Of a stretch of DNA of 64,000 nt, positions 11,375-24,657 are shown piece by piece. The DNA is from Cirrosporium novae-zelandiae (taxonomy: Eukaryota), in NCBI GenBank assembly GCA_026023565.1, contig JAPETS010000044.1, positions 1 through 64,000 of the forward strand, given 5' to 3'. How positions within the stretch are numbered: position 1 is the first letter of the stretch; each line of letters begins with the position of its first letter. The notes under the pieces are model-generated. The model made no database searches. It was not told where the DNA came from and saw only the letters and a program-made list of their open reading frames with translations. A program made the position numbers and the translations under genes.

Positions 11375-13723
11375 ATGGCCGCCAGGGACAGATGGACCCA
11401 CGGCGAGCCACCTAATCACCGTCCTTCGACTCTACATCGTTATATACGTATGCATCTACTACCTTGATAGTATCTATAACATTGGAGAACCCCTGCTGAT
11501 TATTACTACAAAGAGAGTGCTTGCGACCCGTCCAACTTTGAACCAAACTTGGCCCTAAACCTCGAAGTTGCAGACTTGATAAATACTAAGAAAGGCAATT
11601 CGTATGGACAAATTGCGATCAAGTTTTATGAGATGTTGTTGAAACTGACCCATTGAACGAGAAAGACCCCGTGAGGCAGCCGTTGCCATTGTCAATTATG
11701 TTAACCACCGAAATCCAAATGTGTCCAATCTTGCCTTGTCGGTATGCCTACGAACTACCTCTATTAATTACCGTTCGATCGAGGAACCTGATCTAACTTG
11801 TATTAGTTACTGGACATATGCGTCAAAAACTGTGGTTACCCATTTCATCTTCAAATCAGCACCAAGGAGTTTCTCAATGAACTCGTACGCCGATTCCCAG
11901 AACGCCCGCCCATCAGGCCCACAAGGGTACAATTGAAGATTCTGGAATTGATTGAAGAATGGCGTCAGACGATATGTGTCACGTCCAGATACAAGGAGGA
12001 CCTGGGTTTTATTCGGGACATGCATCGATTACTGACCTACAAAGGATACGTGTTTCCCGAAGTGAAAAAAGAGGATGCTGCTGTGCTCAACCCCAGTGAT
12101 GTAAGACTTGGTCTTGAACATCGGCGAATGTTTATATCTGACTGTTACAGAATCTCAAATCTGCTGAAGAAATGGAAGAAGAAGAGAAGGCAGCTCAATC
12201 AGCAAAATTACAAGAACTGATACGAAGAGGTGGCCCAGAAGATCTACAAGAAGCGAACCGTCTTATGAAAGTTATGGCAGGCTTTGATACCAGAAACAAG
12301 ACCGATTGGCGTGCCAAAGCTGCCGAGGAAGTGGGCAAAATTCAACAAAAGGCGAAATTGCTGGAGGAAATGCTTCAAGGTTTTAAAGAGGGTGATAAGA
12401 TGACCGAAGGCGATGTGTTTGAGGTGGGAAATTCCTAGGGAAGTTAGGGGTTATCAAGCTGATTGAATGCAGGAGCTCGCAAATGCTTTGCAAAGTGCCC
12501 AACCGAAGATCCAAAAAATGTGCGAGGAGGAATCAGATGATTCTGAAGCCGTGTCTAAGCTATTAGAAATCAATGACAGTATACACCGGACTGTTCAACG
12601 CTATAAGCTGATGAAGAAGGGTGATTTGGATGCGGCATCTAAGATTTCAAAAGGAACACTCGGCATAACTACAGGAGTAAAGAAGAATGCCGATAACGAG
12701 CTTTCTTTGATTGATTTTGGGGGGGATGAGGCCGAGACAGTAAATAATAATACAGCTGAAGCAGGGCCTACCACGGCAGCTGGACACGAACAGAAGGAAA
12801 CTTCACTGGAGGATGACTTATTAGGCTTGTCGTTCCAGGATAATAATTATGGGCAAGGAGGTGGTATTGCCCTCGGATTCGGTGCAACCCCAGGGCCCTC
12901 CTTCTCGCCACCACCACAACAGCTTGCTGCAGGAATTTCTCCGTCAATGTCCCCGGCGCCGCCTCAACAAACATCTGCATCCTCGCCAAGGCCCAACTAC
13001 AATGCATTTGCAGCATTCACATCCTCTAATCCACCATCTCAATCAACAACCCCAATACCCTCACTATATCAACAACAACAACAGCCTAACCCGGTTCCGG
13101 CTCCGGCTCCACTGCCCGCCTCTGACCCTTTCGCCGCCCTAAGATCTGGAGCATTTTCACCTTCACAGCCACCCGCCCAATCAGCCGCTGCTTCAACCCC
13201 TGCCCCAGCATCCTCCTCCCTTTTTGACCTCGCCCAATCAGCGCCCCCCTCCCAACAAAACGGCTCCAGTACTCCCTCCCAACCACCTTCCACCACTGCT
13301 GATGACGAATGGAACTTTGCATCTGCCCTCCCTCCAGAACAAGAAACCCCAAAAACCAACACGCTCACCCTCAAAGCCTCCCCAATCCGCATCATTTTCA
13401 CCGCCTCCCGCATCAACAATCCAGCCCTCCCAAACAGCATCGAAATCCAAGGCCGCTTCGAAAATGCAACCAATGTCGCGGTCTCAGAACTAAGGTTTCA
13501 GATCGCGGTCGAGAAGGCTTACAAGCTTCTACTAAAACCACAGTCAGGTCGGGATTTGGCTCCGGGTCCGAGTGCACCGATTACGCAGCACATTGCCATC
13601 ACAAATATTCCGACAGGGAGTGGAATGGGGGTGAAAATGAGGTGGAAAATTGGGTATAGGATTGGAGGGGAGGCAGCATTGAGAGAGGAACAGGGGGAGG
13701 TTAAGGGGCTAGGGATTTCATGA
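11375..13723 (+). CDS. GGA: GGA clathrin adaptor (VHS-GAT-GAE), multi-exon
   Basis: Spliced VHS domain (ACDPSNFEPNLALNLEVADLINTKKG; LLDICVKNCGYPFHLQISTKEFLNELVRRFP), GAT domain (KLQELIRRGGPEDLQEANRLMK), clathrin-box-like SLIDF, Pro-rich hinge and C-terminal ear. A possible upstream CTG start lies at 11354. Confidence 0.93.
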
Positions 13724-14998
13724 TAGTATCTCAGCGTGTTGCTATTTATGGGGAGGAGAGTGTAGGAGCTTAGTGGCCACATGGATAGGTGTGTGGATGG
13801 ATGCGCGGTAGTGCCGAACCGACTGTTACTAGAAGGAAGGAAAAAGAAAGGAATGAAGGAAAGAACGGACGGACGGAAAGAGGGAATCATTTTATCGAAG
13901 GGGAATGAATGGAAGGAAGGCGGATTGGATCAGCGAAATGCACGTACGTAGGTACGAATGAAGCGCAATATGAAAGAATAATGATGTCTGTCTTGTGAAA
14001 GGCAACGTAAGCCAAGAATCCAAGACAACCAATCAGTAAAAGAAACGAGCCGTAAAAAAACAGTATTGCAAAATATAAATGATGTACCAAAGTTCCTTCA
14101 AACGTATATTCTATATACAAAAAATATCGAAATTGTTTTAAAAGACAAGCCACTAACAACTCTTCTTCTTACCTACCTACCTACGGAAGCCTAACCTAGC
14201 AAAAAAAAAATCCATGTAATTAATTAAGAAAAACTATTTATTTATTGAATGAGAGAGGAAGGGTTCCTATATATATATATATATACATAGGCATATAGGG
14301 TAGGCTTATTAGATAGTTGAAAAAATAATAATAAATATGGTACTCTGTAGGTATAGGTATGGCGCTTTTTCTAAATAGAGAAAAAAGAGAAGCGTTGATA
14401 TATATGTATATCCATAATAAAAAATACAAAAAAAAAGTCAAGAGAAGAATAAAATATTCTACAATCCCACTTTGTTTACGCGACGGGTTGTAAATTTTTA
14501 TATTTTTATTTCGTTTGTATTTTTTTTACTCCAAGGGTATGTATAATATAATATAGTATAACATAATAGTCTAATTCCCAGTGTAACCTCCCCCTCCCCC
14601 ATCTTCCCTCCTCCCTTCTCTTCCTCCTTCCCCTCCCCCTTCTCCCCCATCTCCTCTTCATCCCCCTCCCCTCCACGGTCGTATCTAGATAGACAAACCG
14701 ATCTAAAACAACATCCCCCAAAAAAGAGAACCAAACACAAAAATGCGGTGAACAAATCACATCACACATCAACATCACATCAACGTCCTCAATTGATCCA
14801 AATTCCAAATGGGACTAGGATAAAAACCAAAAAAAAAAAAAAAAACACCTCGACCTGGTTTCTTCGCTATGGTAACGATATGCATGTTTTAATTCCCAAT
14901 TCCTCCTCCTATCTTGGTAAACACCAGTATACGTCCAACTCTACCCCACGTCTCGTCATGTCCCGTCCCATCCCGTCCCTCCCCCAAACACACCACAC

Positions 14999-17504
14999 TC
15001 AATGACTAATATACTGAAACAGCGCACTAACCTCCCCCTCCTGCGCCTCCTGCCTGAGCAACAAATCTTGAATCCCCCCCATTCCCCCCACGCCCTTCGG
15101 GCCATCATTCACGAAATGATTCCACGTGCTCGTATCGCCATAGCACATTCCCTTGGCCTTCACAATCTGCTTCCCATCCTCCTTGCGACACCGCTTACAC
15201 CGAAAGGTATCGTGGGTGTCGCTCGTGGTGTCGGGTTTGAATTGAAACAGCTCGCGTAGGGAGTCGAGACTGAAGTGGCGTTCGACGTCCTCGTTGCTGT
15301 CGACGACACAGGAGCTGAGGGATTGTTTGTGGGATTGGCGTTGGAAGATTTTTTCTTCGATGGTGCCGGTCGCGATGAAGCGGTAGACAAAGCAGTCTTT
15401 TTTTTGGCCGTCGCGCCATACTCGTGCCAGGGCTTGCTGGTCGGCGGCTGGGTTCCAGTCGGGGTCGAAGAGGACGAGGCGGTTGGCGCCGATGAGGTTG
15501 AGGCCGCAGCCGCCGGCTTTGGAGGAGAGGAGGAATATGAATTCGTTGCCTTCAGGGTTGTTGAATTTGTCGACTAGTTTTTGCCGCTTGCTGACGTTCA
15601 TGGTGCCGTCTAGCCGTAAGCAGGGGTAGTTTCGGGAGCGGCAGAGCCGGTCGAACAGGTCTAGTGTTTGCGTGTAGTTGGAAATGAGTACGATTTTGTC
15701 ATCGGTGTCTGCGCGGATCCGCGCAAGCATGCGGTCAAGGACCATGAATTTTCCTGAGTACCAGGTCTTGACGTCGCGGTCGCGGCCACGCGAGTCTTTG
15801 GGGGTGAAATCAGAGGGGAGGATATCATCACAGCCGGGAAGGTCGGAGGGGAGGTCGAGTAGATCTGGGTGGTTGCATAGCTTCTTGAGGAGGCCGATGG
15901 CTTTGAGGGGTTGAGACCCCTTTCCGCGAAGGAGAGACTTAATCTCGGGGGATTTGATGAAGTAGTTGTACAGATCTTTCTGGAAGGGTGAGAGGTTGCA
16001 GAAAACGACGTGTTCGTATTTAACGGGGAGGTATTTAGAGAGGATGTCGTTGGTGCGGCGAATGATGAATTTATTGACGATTCCTAGTAGCTCATGCAAA
16101 CGTTCGTCGCCCTTTTGGCGGTCGACATCTGTGCCGTCAAGATCACGGCCCCTGAGGATGGGTATTTCAAATTTCTTCCGGAAATCATTTCGGGATCCTA
16201 GGAGACTGGGATTGGCGAAATTCAGTAGCGAGAAATATTCAGAAAGATCGTTCTGGATAGGAGTTCCTGAGAGGATGACTCGTCGATGGACGTTAAGGCC
16301 GTTTAAAGCAGTAAAGGTCTGACTTTCTCCATTCTTCAACCGATGCCCCTCGTCACACAGTAGAAGCCCAATAGGCGTATCCCTCAGATTATCCACATTC
16401 AAACGTAAAGTCTCATAAGATACGATCAAAACCGGTCTGATAACAGACCTACCGCTGGCGATTGACCACTGTTTAAGCTGCTGCCCCAGCTCATCTTTGG
16501 ATAGTTTACCATCAATGGCAAAAGGCGTAATTGCATCTTTCCCGAGCCATTTCACAAGCTCGTTCGCCCAATTCCTGACCAAACTTGATGGACATGCAAT
16601 AACACATTTCTGTATGGTGGTTTTGCCGGCATCTGGACTCTGCCTCAGTAATGTCCACATTAACGCAATGCACTGTAACGTCTTGCCCAATCCCATTTCA
16701 TCTGCCATGATACACCCATTGGCTTTCTCGTCAATGAGACCAGTCGTACACCGGTAGAGGAACTTTACGCCCTCAATCTGATGCGGTCGTAACACTTTCG
16801 CTAATCGCGGATCAATTACAACGGGCACTTTGGGATGATCCTCCACTTGTTTCTTCAAACCTAATATGTCTGCCAGACTCTTATGCATGATTGGAACATC
16901 CAGCTTCGGCTTCTCGGGTTCTCCCTTTTCTGCTTCTTCCCCACCCTTCGATGCTTCCAGTGTTTTTGGTTTCTCGTCAATAGTAGGGTCGAAAAGGACA
17001 ATGGCAAATTCCCCACTCGGGTCATGTAAAGGTCTGGGGACAAACACGGCACCCTGTCGCATACCCAAAGTGCGTCCACCGCAATTGAAAGAGACGACCT
17101 CTTTATTCATTAACGGGATCGCAAAACGCTTTCTGAACGCCATCTCCTTATCCTTAGGTTTAAACACAGGGAATCTATTCACATCTCTCGTTGCAAGCGC
17201 AAGCCGTTCTTCGTTGGTGTAAACGCCCCCACCATCGTCAGCGCTTCCATCGGCATTTGCATAATTCACCTTTCGGCGTTTACGAGGTGGGTGCGTGGAA
17301 GATCGAGAGGGAGCTGCAGATCCGGGACACTTGAAGGGCTTAACGAGGCGATCAGTGGATTGGGGAGTGCCACCGTAGAGAGACGAGGCTCGACGAGCTG
17401 GTTTTCGATTTTCTTTATCTAGTGACGCGACGGATTGAGGACGATACCTATAATCGGTGAGTCGGTAGAACTTATGAATGCTATTATTTTATAGTAGCGT
17501 ACAT
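14999..17504 (-). CDS. RAD54: DNA repair and recombination ATPase Rad54 (SNF2 family)
   Basis: GCIMADEMGLGKT, LLCDEGHRLKN, SGTPIQNDL, LLSSKAGGCGLNLIGANRL, DPDWNPAADQQALARVWRDGQKK. N-terminus MYRPQS...KPFKCPGS is recovered by removing a 55-nt intron (17502-17448) that splits the ATG. Confidence 0.96.
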
Positions 17505-17944
17505 TTAACTATGGCCACGGAAAGGTGTTCTGGTTTGCTGAGATTCGAGGAATCGCAATGATGATGGTAGTATTAAGTAGCGGCCGTAGTCTCAAGAATC
17601 TCTATAATACCTTCATCTATTAATCGCACTCTAGAGGCGTAAGTAAATTGAAGTCTGTGGCGAACACGTAGTCGGGAAAAGAAATACTTTGGTAATCGAA
17701 GTAGCGATAACATCAATAATAGGCGCGTCAATCTCCAAACTCAACGCGATATCACATGACTGCCAGGCAACCCTTGGATTGAAGCCTCAGGCCGAAACAC
17801 TATTTACCAAGGTACTGTACTTTTTACCCCACGATAGTTTATATAGTGTGGATAGCTAGCTCGGTACATTCTAAGTCCCCCGCTATTGAATTGAAAAGTC
17901 CAATACAAAATGTAAATATCAACAACCTCTCCACTCTATAAATA

Positions 17945-19123
17945 ATGTTCCTCTCCGCCGATTTCCTCTCCTCCTACCTCTCCGGCGCAGTAGGCATTCT
18001 AATTGGAAACCCGCTCGACATTCTAAAAGTCCGGCTGCAAGCAGCCTCCCGGTCCACCCCTGCCTCCTCCTCCTCCCTCCCTTCAACCGAATCCACCGCA
18101 GCAGCAACAGCATCAACCCAAAAAACCACAGCTCTCAGAACATTCACCCATGGGACCCTAGCGCCTCTTCTCACATATGGCGCTCTCAATGCTCTCCTCT
18201 TCGTGACGTATAATCGAACTTTATCCCTTCTCTCCTCTTTTCATGGCTCCAATTCCCCCTCTCCGTCCAATGGTTCCATATCTTCAGTACAAGAATCCTC
18301 CTCCCTGGATCCGCGCCTCTCCGATACCTTCACTGCAGGTGTCCTCGCCGGCCTGGCAACCTGGGTCGTTTCCACACCCACCGAGCTATTAAAATGTCGG
18401 GTGCAGCTCCATTCAATTGGACCGGAAGCGGGAAGAAGGCCGCGCGGAGAAGATAGTGGCGGGACTTGGAATACGGCCCGTCACGTGTGGAAACGAGAGG
18501 GAATACGAGGATTCTATGTAGGCGGGACCGTCACTGCTATAAGGGATAGCATCGGATATGGGTTTTAGTAAGTTGTTTGGTTTCTTTTCCTCACTTCAAG
18601 TAAAGCAGATCGTGAACACCTTGCCGCATTTTCGTTGCCCCTCTCCTGAGGGCGGACCTGGTCCTGCCACTTAGCCAGCCGTCAAGCAAACACCAAGCAG
18701 AAGAAAAAAAAGAATACCGGATAAAATTAACGCCTCCCACCCCCTCCCGACAGTTTCTACACCTACGCCCTTCTCCGCACTCTCCTCCCCCCCTCCCAGT
18801 ACCATGAACCATTCACTACTCTCGTTAGTGGCGGCTTCGCTGGAATCGTATCGTGGGCCTCCATCTTCCCGTTAGACGTAATAAAAACCCGCGTTCAAAC
18901 CATGGCTTCTATGCCCGCATCCAACGAACCCAACACCCCCCTCCTCGAGAAAAGTGCCAGAAAAGGCGCAGTGCAGATTGCGAGGGAGGCATACAGGCAA
19001 GAGGGTGCGGGTGTATTTTTTCGAGGCCTGGGCATTTGCAGCGCTAGGGCATTCGCAGTCAATGCTGTGCAGTGGGGGGTATATGAGTGGATGATGAGGG
19101 CATTAGGGGAGGGGAGGAGATAA
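17945..19123 (+). CDS. Mitochondrial carrier family protein (carnitine/ornithine/YMC-like), 2 exons
   Basis: Three Px[DE]xxKxR signatures: PLDILKVR, PTELLKCR, PLDVIKTR. Intron 18568-18753 joins GYGF-Y-FYTY in frame. Confidence 0.88.
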
Positions 19124-19776
19124 ATTGATTGCTTGGGACGCCTTATGTAGTGAATAAAGGCTGACGGACGGATGGCCTCCTCGGAGGAATCGTGGAACAT
19201 GGCCGATTCCATCCCATCCGATCGATCTGTTAATACTATCAAGGATGTGGTAGGTGTACATACCCGGGTACATAAATAACGTCAGGTATATAACAAGAAG
19301 CATAACAAGCACAACGCCAAAGGCAAATTAAATAAAGTGAGTTGAAAAAAGTCCACTCCGCATTCATTCATTCTCTCTATCCCTACAGACAAGCTTTTGC
19401 TTTCAATTATATAAATCTTTTTTTGTTGTCCAGCAAAAACCCCGCCCACGTACATATGACAGACCCGCATCAAGTAAGTAAGTTGATGGTTGACACGAAA
19501 AGATAATATAAAAAAACTCGTGGTGCATACAAGAAGGAATGTTTGAAAAAAGAAATCACCATGCAAGCAAAAATCCAAAAACTCTGGAAATGAACATCCT
19601 ATATCTCTATCCATTTGAGCAATGATTACCTTTCATGGGTGATCGAAAAACGCCCCGAAACGCCTTCTAAGTGTATAGGCTGTAGAAACAGGATGAGCGT
19701 GTGACGACTCCTTTTGGGTAACATGGAAAAGGGCATTGGATCATCTCAACTGCATATTGTTGTCACGTTCGGGAGC

Positions 19777-21075
19777 TTAATCATCCCACTGCGGCACTGG
19801 CTTTAGTCCTTGAACCATATTCTCCAAATTCAATCTCGTGCTGTACACAACATTTTCCGTGAAACCAACCTCTCGGATTTCTCCGCCTGGACCGTATTTC
19901 CGGATGTCGCTTTCAGCAGCAAGGTAGCCCCTTGGTTTATGATGGTACATGAATGTCGGGTTGACGCTAATGCAACGGAACCCGAAGATCTGGTATCTGC
20001 ACATATCCGATAACACATTATCGAAAATGCCACCTAGACCCTTGATTGAAAGGTTGTAAAGGACTTTTCGAGCTCCTTCATGTGAAAGTGCGTACCCGAA
20101 TGTACAAATGGGACCTCCGGTTGTATGGACAAATCTTGTGTGCTCCTTGTAACTCTTCCAATCCACAAAGCCCGAAACATGATTGAAGCTCGGCACAGTA
20201 GGGTCGTTCTCGATAACGAATTTCCTTAGATCGGGGTCCTCAAGTTTAGGTTCAATTGTCTCGGGAAAATGCTCGCCGCAGTGACCGAGCCACAGGAGGT
20301 CCCACTCGGTACCATATGGATTATCTTCGTTTTGGACAGAGTTGGGGACTTGGAGGTGCATGGCTGCCTGGGAGAATTGCTGGAGTTGCTGGTGGACGGT
20401 CAAATCCCAATCAACGTCATCTTCTATAATCAAGGCAGAGCCGAGTGGTTCTTCGACGATACTATAGAAAAGCAGATAAATTAGTAAACGATCTTGCGAG
20501 AGAACCGCATGGAACGAGGCCTACGTTCTAATAGCATTCATATGCCCTCTCCATGATCCGACATTGGTCTCCCAGATCAAAGATCGATTCGTTCCCTTGA
20601 AGACAGCAGTTAGCCCAGGGTTCAGTCTCCCAAATCAAGGAATATCATAACAAAGCATACAAATGGTACGGCTTTATCTGGAACTTCTGAGCCCTTTACC
20701 CCCTTCATGAAATCAATCTTTAAATTTGTGTAGCTAGCGGCCAGCGTTTGAGCATCACGTTTGTCGGTTCGTTCAGGGAGATTTATCGAGTATATCTTGC
20801 CAAACTAGATAGCAACCGGGATTAGCAAATGTATTTGAAGCTCCAGCCCCCACATTGGAGGGACTCCTCCATTGTTATCAGGCTAGATTACTGACCCCCA
20901 GTGTTTTATTATTGATGGCGGCGCCAACGCCATTTGTTGCCTTGGTCTTTGTCCCCCAAAACACGCCGCCTTCCCCAGTTGACTGATAAACTGATGTTCC
21001 AGACGAGAATATGAAAAATAGGAGGAAGATGGCAGATGCTACCACGAAATAGAAGGCTGGCCGTATCTGAATCAT
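19777..21075 (-). CDS. Glycosyltransferase family 25 protein (type II membrane), 4 exons
   Basis: N-terminal TM; spliced INLPERTDKRD, GSWRGHMNAIR, ALIIEDDVDWD, WDLLWLGHCG, PICTFGYALS. Confidence 0.87.
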
Positions 21076-22317
21076 GTTGATTAAGGACGAAACAATTGGG
21101 AAATGCGATTATCGCAAAGGAGGGATCAGCAAAGTTTCATTAGATCGGTGGGTGATGCAGAGAACGAATGACAGGTTACTCGAATATTTATTGGAGTAAC
21201 GTAACAGATTGCGGGATGCAGTTGAGATGGTGAAGGATGTGGAGGAATGCGAAGAAGTCTCTTGGAAAAGGAAGGAGGGTATAGATGGATTGATTTAATT
21301 TAGAGCTCGGATACCTTCAAGGTATTGATTTAAAGTTGGAGGACGAGAATCAAGAAAGCAATTAAGAATCATTAAGTGCCATCTCTTGAAGGCGTTTGCT
21401 GTCGATCATTCATTTAATGACAATCTACAGGAGATTGTAATACATAACAGAGGAACAAAAAGAAATTTCCCAGGTCACCGATCACACCTTGGCGGAATCC
21501 TAACTCCTAGTGTTTCAGATCTAACTATAAAAATATTGAAATATTTACGGTCACAATATTATTTTTGAAATTTCAAAAACTTTAGTTGCTGTTGGTTTTC
21601 AGGGGACAGGAACTCCCGAACGGCCCTACAGATCCAGTCAGAATCTTATTACATACTTTGAGTCTCATCAGACTGCATCCTTTCCTCTCTAGTTACCGAG
21701 GCACACAGCATCTACTTGAGTACATACTTTCGAGCATCCCTCCATCTCTCAATGGCTCCATGGCGACCTCTCTAAGACCACAGGCATAAAACCCAATTCG
21801 AAGAAATCTATTATTAGAGGACGCGGTGACATCTCCAAAATTTAACAAGCTCGTGACACTGGCCAACTTGGAGATGATGTTATCCATCATAGAAAGGACA
21901 GCAATCGAAAACCCTTAGAGAATCATTACTCTTTACTTGCAATTAGGTAGCCCCTTGAACCGATATTCTTCATATAGGCTTGTTTGCCGGCTACCCATTT
22001 ATCAAAATACAGATACCCTTTAAAGGAATTCAAGCTTGACCAGATACTTTCCATAGATTTCTTCATCAACATAAGTTCATTTCACCTCTCCACTCCGGTC
22101 TGTGGAGTCGGTCATCATAGTGGACTTTTCCTCAAGGCCGATGCAATATCTGAGGAAATTCCGGTTGCAGTTGCAATTATGAGTGAGCCACTGTCTCAGC
22201 TTCGGTGCCTCCATTCTAGAGACATTCTGGGAATGCATCTAACAGGACGCGGCACCTCTTAGAATTTTCTTGAGTACATAGTTGGTAGACGTGAGGAGTG
22301 GGCAATCAAACGGTATT

Positions 22318-22822
22318 TCACTCAATAACATCCATCTTGTCCTCGGTAGACTGTTGCGCCATAGAAATTTCGGTTTCCTCAACCACTTCCATAGCACCAG
22401 AGGAAGGTCTGCCGTTATCTGTCCGCAGGCCAATCACTCTGTCTGCCTCTTTCTGAGTAAAAGGTTCTTCTTTTAACAGTTGGACTCTAACAATAATCAA
22501 TAATCAAAAGTTTTCGACCAAGGACGGTGAAGTGGGCTTACGAACCTTCTCTTATGATTCTTGCCCCGACGATGCTGTACGAGATTCCATTCCCCTTCAA
22601 ACCATTTTGCACATTCAATACAGTAGTGTCGTCCAAGTCCGGGGAGGTCCTCGGTAGCTTTGGTTTGTTTGTAGAGAGCGAGATGTTTGGCAGACTTTAT
22701 ATCGGCGTGGACTTGGTCGAGATCCCTAAGGGAATAAATAATTGATGAGCTTGAAAGAAATGGAAAGATGGTTATGCTAACCTTATGCGCCTTTTTGTTT
22801 TGCTCCTTCGAATTGAACCCAT
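22318..22822 (-). CDS. BUD20: C2H2 zinc-finger pre-60S factor Bud20 / ZNF593, 3 exons
   Basis: MGSIRRSKTKRRI-RDLDQVHAD...EDLPGLGRHYCIECAKWFE...HRRGKNHKRR-VQLLKEEPFTQKEA. Confidence 0.92.
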
Positions 22823-24017
22823 TATTGTAGATCTGAGGTGATATGTGGTTGAGTATGAGTATATAGTACCTCTTAGCTAGAAGAACGATAAAAGAGTTTT
22901 TACTCAAAAAAATTGGACAGTGTGACGCAAAGTTGGATGAATTGATAGTTCGTTAGTGGACCTTTTGGCTTCGGAAGCTAAGCACAAAGGCCTACTCGAG
23001 TAAGCTACCCCCCCCCTCATGCGCCCCTCATGCCCCTGTAACTAGCCCAGGAGGTTTTGATGGATCATGGTCCTTCCATTGTCACTCCGCCCCAGAGTAG
23101 GGCCAATTTTCATTCAACATTACAGACATAGATATTTATGTTGACGATTGAGATAAAATATAATCTACTTAGGAGACCATAATTACCATAGAAGACCTTT
23201 TTATTATTATCAACTATTATGCTGTAATCTATATTATTTCAGATTGTATCATCCCGTATCAATAAAACAATAAAACGGCCTTAAGGTGTCTTAGGCTTTC
23301 CTGCCACCCCCACTTTCTTGCCAACCTCCGTCGATTCTATCGATAAACTGCTGCATCATATCCCTCACAAGATTCCAAGCTTCCAAGATTCCAACAATTT
23401 CAACTCTCTCTGATTGTACTTATCATCACACACAGCAGATATACAGCTTCGTTGCTTATTTCATCCTTCCGTTTCTTTTCTTTTCATAGCTTTTCCCTCT
23501 TTTCTCTCCCTTCTCCAAACTGATCTCTCAACTCTAGTCCGACCTTAATTCATGCGTTCGTCCCATTGCATCTTTAGTCGGAACTGGTAGCAAATCAGAC
23601 AACTCTTCCGATTCTTCCGCATCGGTGCCTTATCAGTTTGGCGTACAACACGGCTTCGTGTTTCCTGCTCATTGTCTCTTTCCACCCCCTGGCCCCATTG
23701 TGTTGGCAAACCAGCGAAGCAGGCGCCTGATACCTTAAAATACTCAGCAACGGGAATCTCTCTCACCAATCTCTACCTGGTCAGCAAGGTTTTTAGCATT
23801 GCGACCTAAATACCCCAGGAACGCCTTTGCGCATATCCAGGGCTATTCTTTGGATGCATGGACACCTTGAATCAGGAGTCAATCCGGTTTCAAAAGATAT
23901 AAACCTGCCAAAACTTCTATTTCCGTTTCCTAAACTTGCCATCTTCCAGGATACCTCACATCAAAACATACGCATTGACAAACATTTTCTACCAATTCCT
24001 CTCATCTAATAATCACA

Positions 24018-24657
24018 ATGGCATCTGAAGTTGTGGTGGTGCAGCGAAGGCGCAGATACCGTTGGCCCGAAGTTCAGCTAAATATCTGGATATTTATCCA
24101 ACTAGTCGCGGCCGGCTTCCTTTTAGGTGTATTTGCCGACTTTCTCGCCATACAACAGCAGCTACGGCTAGGAACACCATGGTATGCGCTAATACGTGTC
24201 GTTGATGATTCAAGCTAATGCTGAACAGGCTCTTCCCATACATGATCACCGTTGCTTCACTGACGCTACTGGCCATTTTGGTGATGCTTATTCTGATTAA
24301 TCAACGGATGCTGTTACCCGGAGTCATCGTCCTTGCCTCCTTTATCCTTTTCGTTTTATGGTTAACCGGCCTTATTGAAACCGCCATTCAACTGTACGGT
24401 CCAGCCAATGTCAATGGAAATTGTAACAGATATGTGTACCATGAAGAACAGCATGGGCAAAGTCTAAATACTCTGGCTTGGTTGGAACAATACAATATAT
24501 GTTGGTACTCTCCTTGTGGCTGTCTCTGCAACTCACTAATAGATCTGCAGGTAATTTATGGAGAGCTGCATTTGCCTTTGAAATAATTGGGAGCGTTTTC
24601 TTCTTCTGGATGATGATTATGGCATGGCAGGTCTCCCGGGAAACGTACGATATGTAA
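24018..24657 (+). CDS. Four-TM MARVEL-like fungal membrane protein, 3 exons
   Basis: YRWPEVQLNIW...LGTPW-LFPY...GVIVLASFILFVLWLTGLIETAIQLYG...C...C-NLWRAAFAFEIIG...MAWQV; GT-AG introns keep the frame; stop at 24655-24657. Confidence 0.82.

Noticed and set aside
13750..14990. Hydrophobic or low-complexity ORFs in the GGA-RAD54 spacer and similar AT-rich spacers (54.1-54.8 kb, 59.5-62 kb)
   Set aside because: Homopolymer- and microsatellite-rich terminator regions; the ORFs are compositional artefacts.
21386..22262. Short ORFs between GT25 and BUD20
   Set aside because: No motifs; present on both strands at lengths expected by chance.
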